In this document: in pieces, positions 30,735 to 39,246 of the stretch
Layout of the letters: every line of letters starts with the position of its first letter
Position numbering within the stretch: position 1 is the first letter of the stretch
NCBI GenBank assembly: GCA_001800135.1
Contig: MGUU01000011.1
Coordinates: 8,842-72,841, forward strand
DNA length: 64,000 nucleotides
Direction of reading: 5' to 3'
Source: Elusimicrobia bacterium RIFCSPLOWO2_02_FULL_39_32
GTDB lineage: Bacteria; Elusimicrobiota; Elusimicrobia; 2-02-FULL-39-32
Program-made: the position numbers and the translations under genes
Notes under the pieces: model-generated
Databases searched by the model: none
Told to the model about the DNA's origin: nothing
Seen by the model: only the letters and a program-made list of their open reading frames with translations

Positions 30735-32276
30735 TCAAGCATCTATCTGAGCTTTCTGAAGTTTCCCAGAATAATCAATATAAACTGTTTTCCATTCTGA
30801 AAAAATATCCAGAACTGTCACACCCGCTTCCCTGTGTCCATTGCCGGTTTGTTTAACTCCGCCAAAAGGTAAATGAACTTCAGCCCCAATCGTAGGAGCA
30901 TTAATGTAGGTAATGCCTGTTTCCATCTCTTGTATGGCACGCATCACTCGATTGACATCTCTAGTATAAATAGAACCAGAAAGCCCGTAACGGCTGTTAT
31001 TTACAATGCTCATGGCTTCTTCAAATGATTTTACTGGAATTAAAACTACCACAGGACCAAAAATCTCTTCCTGAGCAATTCTCATTTCTGGCGTGCCCAC
31101 AAAAATTGTAGGAGGATAGAAAAATCCTCTTTCATATTCTCCTTCCTTTAAAATCTCACCGCCTATAAGCAATTTCGCATGATCTTTCATTTTTCCAATT
31201 TTTACATACTGATGAACAGTCTCTAGTTGGGCCTGGCTTACTAATGGCCCCATCTGCACCAAAGGATTCAATCCATTTCCTATGCGTAAACTGCGCGCTT
31301 GGTCTACTAATTTATCTCTAAATTGTTTAAAAATCTTTTCATGCACAATTAATCTGGAAGTGGCTGTACACCTTTGCCCAGATGTGCCAAAAGCTCCCCA
31401 CAAAGCTCCTTCCAAAGCCAAATCCAAATCCGCATCCTCCATCACAATTTGAGCGTTTTTTCCTCCCAACTCTAAACTACATTTTTTCATTTTCTTACCG
31501 CAAATTTCTGCGATATTTGAGCCAACAGAAGATGAGCCTGTAAAAGAGATCAAAGAGATTTCTGGATATTCTAACAAAGCTCTTCCAATGACATTTCCAC
31601 TCCCATAGACAAGATTTACAACTCCAGGAGGCACACCCGCTTCTTGTAAAACCATGACTAAATTCCGCGCAGAATCTGGCGTATAAGAAGCAGGTTTTAA
31701 AATCATACTGTTTCCGCATAAAAGCGAAGGAAAAATCTTCCAAGAAGGAATAGCCATAGGAAAATTCCAAGGAGTAATTAAACCACAGACCCCCACAGGC
31801 ATGCGCAGGGTCATTGCAAACTTATCTGGCAACTCAGAAGTTGTGGTTTGTCCAAAAAATCTTCTTCCTTCCCCGGCATAATAAAAAGCGGTGTCAATCG
31901 CTTCTTGCACATCTCCACATGTTTCAGACAAAATTTTTCCCATTTCTCTGGTCATGGTTTGAGCAAATTCTTCCTTATGTTCTTGCAAAACACGCATGGC
32001 TCTTAAAAGTATTTCCCCTCTTTTTGCCACAGGCACTTTACGCCAGGATTTAAAAGCTTTTTGAGCAGCTTCAACCGCTTCCTCCAGATCTTTAGCTGTG
32101 GATTGAGGATAAATTCCTAATAATTCTCCAGTGGCAGGATTCCTGTTTTCAAACTGGTTGCCGCCAAGACCAGCTTTTTTCCATTGCCCATTGATAAAGT
32201 TATAAGGTCTTCCTAAATTTTTACTTTCTAATTTTTTACTCATTCGCTTTTTTATTTTTTTCTTTTTCATGGTCAT
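30735..32276 (-). CDS. NAD(P)-dependent aldehyde dehydrogenase
   Basis: ALDH glutamate and cysteine active-site motifs (ELGGKNA ... FGTSGQRCTA). Confidence 0.85.
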   Translation of the reverse strand: MTMKKKKIKKRMSKKLESKNLGRPYNFINGQWKKAGLGGNQFENRNPATGELLGIYPQSTAKDLEEAVEAAQKAFKSWRKVPVAKRGEILLRAMRVLQEHKEEFAQTMTREMGKILSETCGDVQEAIDTAFYYAGEGRRFFGQTTTSELPDKFAMTLRMPVGVCGLITPWNFPMAIPSWKIFPSLLCGNSMILKPASYTPDSARNLVMVLQEAGVPPGVVNLVYGSGNVIGRALLEYPEISLISFTGSSSVGSNIAEICGKKMKKCSLELGGKNAQIVMEDADLDLALEGALWGAFGTSGQRCTATSRLIVHEKIFKQFRDKLVDQARSLRIGNGLNPLVQMGPLVSQAQLETVHQYVKIGKMKDHAKLLIGGEILKEGEYERGFFYPPTIFVGTPEMRIAQEEIFGPVVVLIPVKSFEEAMSIVNNSRYGLSGSIYTRDVNRVMRAIQEMETGITYINAPTIGAEVHLPFGGVKQTGNGHREAGVTVLDIFSEWKTVYIDYSGKLQKAQIDA

Positions 32277-32334
32277 TGACTCCTATAATTCCGCTATAAA
32301 CCACCTGCTCCTATGAATTCCCCTAATTTTATGA

Positions 32335-33534
32335 CTAAATTTGTCTGATTGTTTCTCTTACCTTAATTCCTCGCCTTCTAATCTCTTTCAAAAATAAACT
32401 GCCTGGAACTCCCCTTTCAAGGGGTACCACCCCTGTCTCAAGAATCGCATTTTTAGCAAGTAGTTCTAAAATAATGGCAGCGGAAAAACCAGTGGTTCTT
32501 TGCATAGCGGTAAAACCTGTTTTCGAATCAGCGTATTCTAAGATATCGTAGGTGATCTCTAAATTCTTTTTATCTTTCCACCCTGCTACAATCACTTTCA
32601 TGACTAAAAGATCTTTTTCCTGTTCTAACTTCAAAACAGGTTCAACGCATTTCACAAAAAACTTCCTAGGAATAATTTTATTGCCATTCAAAAGAACTGG
32701 ATCCGTATCTAATAGACCTAACTCTTTTAAGAATTGTATCTTCTCATAATGCCCTGGATAACGGAGGGTTTTATATTCATAATTTTTAACTTTACCTTTA
32801 AAAGTCCAAGGACAAGTTGAAGTGGCTCCTCCTGTAACAAAAGCTTCTAAAAGTTTTAAAGGTCTTTCAAACTGAATTAATTCTGGTTCAGAAAAAGAGG
32901 CTATTTTCTTAATTTTACCATTCCTTAGAACATAGGATTTTCCAAAATAATTTCCTAAAACCCCCTCCAAATTAAACACAATCTTATAACCTAAAGGCCC
33001 CTTGGGTTTTAAAGGCAGACCACCGCAATAAATCCGCACGCTCTCGGTTTTAGTTAGTTTCTCCATGGCGCAAAGAGCGAGGCTATTGCACATGCCAGGG
33101 GAAACCCCGCAATCTGGAATTAATGTAACATGAGCTTTTTTTGCCTTTCTATCCAACTTCAAGATGCGTTCTGTCATTTCAAAATAGCCGCCTAAATCGC
33201 AATAATGAACCTTTTCTTCAATAGCAGTTTGCGCAACTAAAGGATTGAAATAGTAAGGTAAAGCGCTTAAAACAGCATCATTGCCTTTCATTATTTTTTG
33301 CAGTTGTTTTTTATTACTAGCATCCAACGCATAAGACAAAAGTTGGATTCTATTTTTTTTAAGAAAAAACCCTAAAAGCTGTCTTAATTTTTTTAAAGCA
33401 AATTCACAATTTCTAAACGATTGATCTGCTAGTACAACCCGCTTAGATCCGCCATGTAAAATAACATCATAGCTTGCAGCAATCCCTTGGAACCCTGCGC
33501 CCAGAATAAGGTAGGAATATCCATCTTTAGCCAT
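32335..33534 (-). CDS. saccharopine dehydrogenase-family NAD(P) oxidoreductase (possible lysine 6-dehydrogenase)
   Basis: Rossmann LILGAGFQGIAASYD plus a C-terminal saccharopine-DH-like domain. Confidence 0.5.
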   Translation of the reverse strand: MAKDGYSYLILGAGFQGIAASYDVILHGGSKRVVLADQSFRNCEFALKKLRQLLGFFLKKNRIQLLSYALDASNKKQLQKIMKGNDAVLSALPYYFNPLVAQTAIEEKVHYCDLGGYFEMTERILKLDRKAKKAHVTLIPDCGVSPGMCNSLALCAMEKLTKTESVRIYCGGLPLKPKGPLGYKIVFNLEGVLGNYFGKSYVLRNGKIKKIASFSEPELIQFERPLKLLEAFVTGGATSTCPWTFKGKVKNYEYKTLRYPGHYEKIQFLKELGLLDTDPVLLNGNKIIPRKFFVKCVEPVLKLEQEKDLLVMKVIVAGWKDKKNLEITYDILEYADSKTGFTAMQRTTGFSAAIILELLAKNAILETGVVPLERGVPGSLFLKEIRRRGIKVRETIRQI

Positions 33535-33612
33535 AACCTTATAAGTTTAACCCCACTGCTCAGAAATATCAAGAGCAAAAAAAATATCAGTTAAAAATTA
33601 AAACTTAAGATT

Positions 33613-34326
33613 TTAACTAATAGGGCAAGAAGAGAGAATTGTTGTAAGAAGTTTACTGTTATCTAAACTAGGGGGGTGGGTTCTAGGAAGAGTGGCTAAG
33701 ATTGGAACCTTTGCTTTTATAAAAAAATTTAAATTTTGCCGATCCACAAGTTCTCTTTTGTTAAAAAAATTTAAAACAATTCCTAAAACCCTGATTTTTT
33801 TCCTTTTTAAATAATCTAAAGTTAAAAGTGTATGGTTCAATGTTCCTAATTTTGATGAGACTACAACCAGCGCTGGCAAGTTCATTTTTAAGATTAAATC
33901 AGCCAGTTCAAAGTTTTTGGCAAGAGGAACCCTTACCCCTCCAATGCCTTCTACAATCGTAAAACCATGAGACTTTAAAATAGTCTGATAAGAATTAAAC
34001 ACCTTATTTAAAGAGATCCTTTTACCTTCTAAAATTGAAGCAGAATAGGGACAGAGTGGGGCTTTAAAACAAATTGGATTGATCAAAGAAAGTGAATCTA
34101 AAGAACCAGCAGCTTTTTTTAATTTTAAGGCATCCTCTGAAACTAGCCTCCTAGTTTTATCTACTCCTTTGTAAATTCCTCCAGATGCAAAAGGCTTCAT
34201 CACGCCTACCTCTATCCCTAAATTCTTTAAGGTTGAGGCAAGGAGACAGGAAAAGAAAGTTTTTCCAATTCCTGTTCCAGTGGCTGTAACAAAAAGTCCT
34301 TTCAAACTTTTATCTGTAATATTCAT
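33613..34326 (-). CDS. bioD: dethiobiotin synthetase
   Basis: P-loop GTGTGIGKT and the BioD fold motifs. Confidence 0.85.
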   Translation of the reverse strand: MNITDKSLKGLFVTATGTGIGKTFFSCLLASTLKNLGIEVGVMKPFASGGIYKGVDKTRRLVSEDALKLKKAAGSLDSLSLINPICFKAPLCPYSASILEGKRISLNKVFNSYQTILKSHGFTIVEGIGGVRVPLAKNFELADLILKMNLPALVVVSSKLGTLNHTLLTLDYLKRKKIRVLGIVLNFFNKRELVDRQNLNFFIKAKVPILATLPRTHPPSLDNSKLLTTILSSCPIS

Positions 34327-34363
34327 CCGTAGTGTTTTTTAAGCCATTTCACATTGGACATTT

Positions 34364-35530
34364 TCATTGTTTTAAATTTTCTTCCAAACAATCAGCTAAT
34401 TTTTTTAAATCTCCTTCCTTATGTTCACTGGTTATTGAAAATCTTAATCGGGATTCATTTTTTGGCACTGTGGGAGGGCGTATTGCAGGCGCAAAAATAC
34501 CTTTTTCCTTTAAGGCGTTTGCTAATTTTAAACTTTTTTCCGCGGACCCTACTATAAAAGGAACAATTTGGCTCATCTGTTTTCTAAAATTCCCTGAATC
34601 TGAAAATCGTTTTTCTAACTCTTTTTGAAAATCAAAAGAAAGTTTTAAAACTCTTTTTCTTCTCCACTCTTCTTTTTCTACTAAACAAAGGGATTGAAGA
34701 GCTGCTGCGCAAGCTGCAGGCGCTAGCGCTGTGGTATAAATAAAAGCACGGGCACGATTAACTAAAAAAGAAATTAAATCTTTTGATCCGCAAACAAACC
34801 CTCCCTGAGATCCAAGCGCCTTGGAAAGGGTTCCCATGACAATTTCAATTTCTCCCAACAACCCAAAATGTTCTGCTGCGCCAATGCCATTTTTACCTAA
34901 AATTCCTGTTGCATGCGCGTCATCTAACATAAGCCAAACCTTATTTTTTTTACAGAGCTCTACAATCTCTTTCAAAGGAGCTAAATCTCCATCCATGGAA
35001 AAAAGAGAGTCGGTCACTACTAATCTTTTTTTGTAAGATTTAGTTCTTTCCAAAACTTTTTCTAAAGATAAAACATTTGAATGGTCATAAATAAAAATTC
35101 TACAACCTGCAAGATGAGCCGCGTCAATTAAAGATGCGTGGTTTAAGCGGTCCATGAGGATCGCGTCCCCTTGACCTAAAAGACTAGATATCACTCCTAA
35201 ATTCGCCATAAAACCAGTTGGGAAAACAAGGCATTTTTCTGTTTTTTTAAATTGAGCTAATTTAAGTTCTAGCCGATTATGAAGTTCTATGGTTCCAGAT
35301 ATCAAGCGGGAAGACCTGCCCCCAGAGCCATAACGAGTGAGCGCTTCTTTAGCTTTTTTGATCACTTCTGGATGATGAGCATACCCTAAATAATCATTGG
35401 AAGAAAAATTAATATATTTTTTCCCGTTTAAAAATATTTCATGGCAAAGAGACTTTTCTAGAGAACAAATGTTTCTCCAGAGAAATTTTTCTTTTAATCT
35501 TTTATTTTCTTCTAGTATAAAATCTTGCAT
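34364..35530 (-). CDS. bioF: 8-amino-7-oxononanoate synthase
   Basis: Alpha-oxoamine synthase family with a PLP lysine region (FSMDGDLAPL...GTLSKALG). Confidence 0.85.
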   Translation of the reverse strand: MQDFILEENKRLKEKFLWRNICSLEKSLCHEIFLNGKKYINFSSNDYLGYAHHPEVIKKAKEALTRYGSGGRSSRLISGTIELHNRLELKLAQFKKTEKCLVFPTGFMANLGVISSLLGQGDAILMDRLNHASLIDAAHLAGCRIFIYDHSNVLSLEKVLERTKSYKKRLVVTDSLFSMDGDLAPLKEIVELCKKNKVWLMLDDAHATGILGKNGIGAAEHFGLLGEIEIVMGTLSKALGSQGGFVCGSKDLISFLVNRARAFIYTTALAPAACAAALQSLCLVEKEEWRRKRVLKLSFDFQKELEKRFSDSGNFRKQMSQIVPFIVGSAEKSLKLANALKEKGIFAPAIRPPTVPKNESRLRFSITSEHKEGDLKKLADCLEENLKQ

Positions 35531-35612
35531 GGTTCTCTCCTATAACACCAAAGTACAACCATTCCTTCCTAAAGGACGAGAGTGTGACTTCGTCACCTCC
35601 AGTCGCTAAAGC

Positions 35613-36851
35613 TCAGTCATAAATTTTTGAAAAAAGTATCGCTCCAATAGGACCTCCAAAACCAAAAGATAAAGAAAGAGCGCAATCTATCTCTTTTTGT
35701 TTTCCTTGTTTTGCCGTGTAGTCTAAATCGCATTCAGGATCAGCGCTTTCTAAATTAAGAGTTGGAGGAACAAAATTATCTCGTATGCTAAGACAACTAA
35801 TTCCTGCTTCCACGCTTGCTGAAGCGCCTAAAAGATGGCCCGTAGCAGATTTAGTAGAAGAAAGGGAAAGGGTGTATGCTTTTTTCTTAAATACAGTTTT
35901 TATAGCTCTTGTTTCAGTTAAGTCATTTAAGAATGTCCCTGTCCCATGACAATTAATATAGTCAATTTCTTCTATACTCACGCTCGCGTTTTCTAAAGCT
36001 CTTTTCAATACAAGAGCAATGGAATCTCCACTTGAATCAAATTTAGTAGGATGATAGGTATCAGAACCAATGGCAGTTCCTTTTAGTTCAGCATAAATTT
36101 TTGCGCCTCTCCCTAAAGCATCCTTTTTTCTTTCTAAAATAAGTACGCCTGCTCCCTCTGCCATCATAAATCCATTTCTTCTTAAATCAAAGGGACAAGG
36201 AAAATTTGAGAGCAATCCCATCCTTTTAAAACCAGAAATAAATAAAGCATTAAGGGAAGATTCTACAGATCCAGCAATAACCAAATCACACAGATTTTCT
36301 TTTAACCAACAAGAGCCAAGCCTTAAGGAATGGATCCCTGTTGCGCAAGCTGCAATAAGGTTACTGCTAGGGCCTAATAATTCTAACTCTTTTTTAAGAT
36401 ACTGATTTAAAGAATCCGGGAAATAAAATGGAGGAAAAATTGGTTTGGAAACTGAAACAGTACAACCAACTCTTTCTTTAGGTAAACTAGAAAGTTCTAA
36501 ACTCGCGTCGTTTAAAGCTTCCTTTACGCAAGACAATGCTAAAGGAAAAATCCGATGGGAAAACTCTTTTGTTTGAGGGGATGAAAACCAATGAGAAAAA
36601 AATTTGGGATAATCTTTTATTGCTATTTCTTTTAATCCAAGAGGGATTTTTAATCCATTTGAATATTGAAACTGCGAAAAACGAACAAAATCATTAAATG
36701 GCTGATCTAATCCTTGAGGGTTTTTTTCTTCTAAAAGAGACTTCCCCTGTTTAATCTTTTCCCAGGATTTTTCTCTAGTCAATCCCAAAGGCGTAACTAA
36801 TCCTATGCCGGTAACAACAATTCTTTCTTTTTTAAAGGATTCTTGAATCAC
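35613..36851 (-). CDS. beta-ketoacyl-ACP synthase I/II-type (Cys-His-His) inside the biotin operon
   Basis: Active-site AACATG, HGTGT and GHLLGA motifs. 412 aa. Confidence 0.8.
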   Translation of the reverse strand: MIQESFKKERIVVTGIGLVTPLGLTREKSWEKIKQGKSLLEEKNPQGLDQPFNDFVRFSQFQYSNGLKIPLGLKEIAIKDYPKFFSHWFSSPQTKEFSHRIFPLALSCVKEALNDASLELSSLPKERVGCTVSVSKPIFPPFYFPDSLNQYLKKELELLGPSSNLIAACATGIHSLRLGSCWLKENLCDLVIAGSVESSLNALFISGFKRMGLLSNFPCPFDLRRNGFMMAEGAGVLILERKKDALGRGAKIYAELKGTAIGSDTYHPTKFDSSGDSIALVLKRALENASVSIEEIDYINCHGTGTFLNDLTETRAIKTVFKKKAYTLSLSSTKSATGHLLGASASVEAGISCLSIRDNFVPPTLNLESADPECDLDYTAKQGKQKEIDCALSLSFGFGGPIGAILFSKIYD

Positions 36852-37581
36852 AATTAAAAACCTGGCCGCTGATTGATGTTTGCTCTGCGATAGCCATAAT
36901 CAATTGAGCCAATTGTGAAAGATCAGTAAATTTTCCTAAAGTATGATCAGAACGAATTTTTTCTATAAGCTCTTCTGGAAGAGTTTTTCCCATAGCTGTT
37001 AGATGGTACCCCGGCAAAATAGCATTTACTCGTATGTTAAACCTTCCTAATTCTTTTGCCGCGGATTTAGTTAAATTGATCAGCCCAGCTTTAGAAGCCG
37101 CGTAATTAGAACCTCCAAAAGAACCTCTCACCCCCACAATTGAACCAATATTAATAATAGTACCCTCTTTTTCTTTTACCATTACTTTTGCAGATTCCCG
37201 CAGACACCAAAAAGCTCCTGTTAAATTCACCTCTAAAGGCTCTATCCACTCCTGATCACTCATTTTAAGAATAGAGCGATCGCGCACTAAGGCAGCATTA
37301 TTAACTAAAATATCAATCCTACCCCAAACATCAGTTACCTTTTTAATCATTGCTTTAACTTGATATGAATGACTTATATCTGCTTTTAAAAGAATTGAAT
37401 CTATTCCTAATTCACGGATATCTTTAGCTAAAACTTCTGCCTCTTTAAGCGACTGTTTAAAATTAATCCCTACTCTATATCCTTTCCCTGCAAATGCCAA
37501 AGCAATCTCACGGCCAATGCCGCGAGATGCTCCTGTAACTAAAACAACTTTTGTAGTGGTTTGATTTATCCTGTTTTCCAC
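36832..37581 (-). CDS. 3-oxoacyl-ACP reductase (FabG-like SDR) inside the biotin operon
   Basis: VVLVTGASRGIGREIA, YAASKAG. The track ORF starts at TTG 37752. An in-frame GTG at 37579-37581 gives a typical SDR N-terminus and only a 16-nt overlap with the upstream DUF423 gene. Confidence 0.7.
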   Translation of the reverse strand: MENRINQTTTKVVLVTGASRGIGREIALAFAGKGYRVGINFKQSLKEAEVLAKDIRELGIDSILLKADISHSYQVKAMIKKVTDVWGRIDILVNNAALVRDRSILKMSDQEWIEPLEVNLTGAFWCLRESAKVMVKEKEGTIINIGSIVGVRGSFGGSNYAASKAGLINLTKSAAKELGRFNIRVNAILPGYHLTAMGKTLPEELIEKIRSDHTLGKFTDLSQLAQLIMAIAEQTSISGQVFNCDSRIL

Positions 37582-37937
37582 AGATTCCAGACAAGAAAAA
37601 ACCAGCCTAAAAGGAAAAAAACTCCGCCAATAGGTGTGATCATGCCCAGCCAACGGACGCTTGTTAAGCTTAATAAGTAAAGACTGCCGGAAAATACGCA
37701 GATTCCAAAGAAAAAAAGCCAGCCAGAAATAGAAAAACTTTTTGTAGTCCAATAAGAATTAGCCCAGGCAACAATAAAAAGAGCAAATGCGTGATAAAAA
37801 TGATACCGCACACCCACTTCAAAAATGGAAAACATTTCTGAAGAGAGTTTCGTTTTTAAAATATGAGCTGCAAAAGCGCCTAGGGCTACCCCTAAAAACG
37901 CCATAAATGACCCTAAGATAAAAAAGAATCGAACCAT
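37566..37937 (-). CDS. DUF423 (YgdD/TMEM256-like) small membrane protein
   Basis: FLGVALGAFAAH ... FSGSLY ... TPIGG pattern typical of DUF423; 123 aa with 4 TM helices. Confidence 0.75.
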   Translation of the reverse strand: MVRFFFILGSFMAFLGVALGAFAAHILKTKLSSEMFSIFEVGVRYHFYHAFALFIVAWANSYWTTKSFSISGWLFFFGICVFSGSLYLLSLTSVRWLGMITPIGGVFFLLGWFFLVWNLWKTG

Positions 37938-37938
37938 C

Positions 37939-38988
37939 TTATTTTAAACGAACTGAAAATTCTTCTAAAACCTGGTTCTGACCTTTTAAACTATTTTCCA
38001 AATTCTCATGGCCTTCAATCTCAAAACCCAGATCTCGTATCATGCCAATATCTGCTTCAATTTTTTGTCCTTTGGTGGTCAGATAATCTCCAATAAAAAT
38101 GGAGTTTGCCGCGTAAAGACCCAAAGGCTGTAACCACCGTAAATGATGTTCTCTTCCTCCCGCAATCCGAATTTCAGACTGAGGGTTTATTAATCGAAAC
38201 AGACACAAAATTTTTAAACACTTTTGGGGGGTGAGTTCATTTTTCCCTTGAAGCAGCGTTCCTGGAATGGCCATTAAAAAATTAATGGGGATGGAATCCA
38301 CTCCAATTTTTCTTAAACTAAAAGCAAGCTCTATAATATCCTCATCTTTTTCACCCATGCCAAAAAGAGAGCCACTGCAAGAAGAAAGCCCGGCATGTTT
38401 AACCCTTTCCACTGTTTCTACCCGATCTTTAAAGGTATGGGTGGAACAAATTTCAGAATAAAAATCCTCACTGGTATTCAAATTGTGATTGTAGGCATGT
38501 ACTCCTGCATTTTTAAGTTGTTCTGCATGATGCTCTTTAAGTAAACCTAAACAGACGCAGATTTCAAGCTCTGGATAAATATTTTTTACTTTTTTTATTG
38601 CAGAAGCTACTTCCTCAATCTCTCGATCAGTTGGGCCTCTGCCAGAATTAACCATGCAAAACCTTTTTGCTTTGGAATCAACCGCGTTTTTAGCGGCTGC
38701 AAGAACTTCTTTTTCTGAAAGAAATGGATATTTATTTATTTTAGCCTCTGAATCTTTTGATTGCGAACAATAAGAACAATCTTCAGGACAAAGTCCAGAC
38801 TTAGCATTCATAAGAAAGTTGAGTTTTACCTTCTTACCAAAATATTTTTTGCGCACGCTAAAAGCAGCATCTAATAACAATAATAAAGAATCATCCTCAC
38901 AATTTAATATGCTATGCGCTTCTTCTTTTGAAATTATTTCCCCTTCCAGACTTTTCTTAGCTAAAAGCTGCCAGTTCAATTTTTCCAT
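37939..38988 (-). CDS. bioB: biotin synthase (radical SAM)
   Basis: CPEDCSYC radical-SAM cysteine triad, C-terminal YxxG..R region. Confidence 0.9.
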   Translation of the reverse strand: MEKLNWQLLAKKSLEGEIISKEEAHSILNCEDDSLLLLLDAAFSVRKKYFGKKVKLNFLMNAKSGLCPEDCSYCSQSKDSEAKINKYPFLSEKEVLAAAKNAVDSKAKRFCMVNSGRGPTDREIEEVASAIKKVKNIYPELEICVCLGLLKEHHAEQLKNAGVHAYNHNLNTSEDFYSEICSTHTFKDRVETVERVKHAGLSSCSGSLFGMGEKDEDIIELAFSLRKIGVDSIPINFLMAIPGTLLQGKNELTPQKCLKILCLFRLINPQSEIRIAGGREHHLRWLQPLGLYAANSIFIGDYLTTKGQKIEADIGMIRDLGFEIEGHENLENSLKGQNQVLEEFSVRLK

Positions 38989-39128
38989 AACTCCCTCCGA
39001 AAATTCGTCATTTAACCTAAATAATGTATTTAAAAAATAGAATTTTCCAACCCATTCCCTTTTTTTTAGAAAGAGTATCTACATAAATAGGCGCAATCAA
39101 AACAGTTCCCTTATAGATTTAAATAATA

Positions 39129-39159
39129 TCTCAACCATATAGATATGATAAGGTTGACA
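39129..39159. promoter_or_regulatory. candidate BirA operator (TCTCAACC-N15-GGTTGACA) in the bioB upstream region
   Basis: An imperfect palindrome matching the TGTxAACC-N15/16-GGTTxACA architecture of bio operators. It lies ~140 bp upstream of the bioB start and is followed by tandem TTGACATAT repeats. Confidence 0.45.
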
Positions 39160-39246
39160 TATTTTGACATATGTTAGGCTTGATCTACAATAATTATTGT
39201 CTTAAAATTAAACAATGCCTCTTATAAAAAGCATACTTTTTATTAA

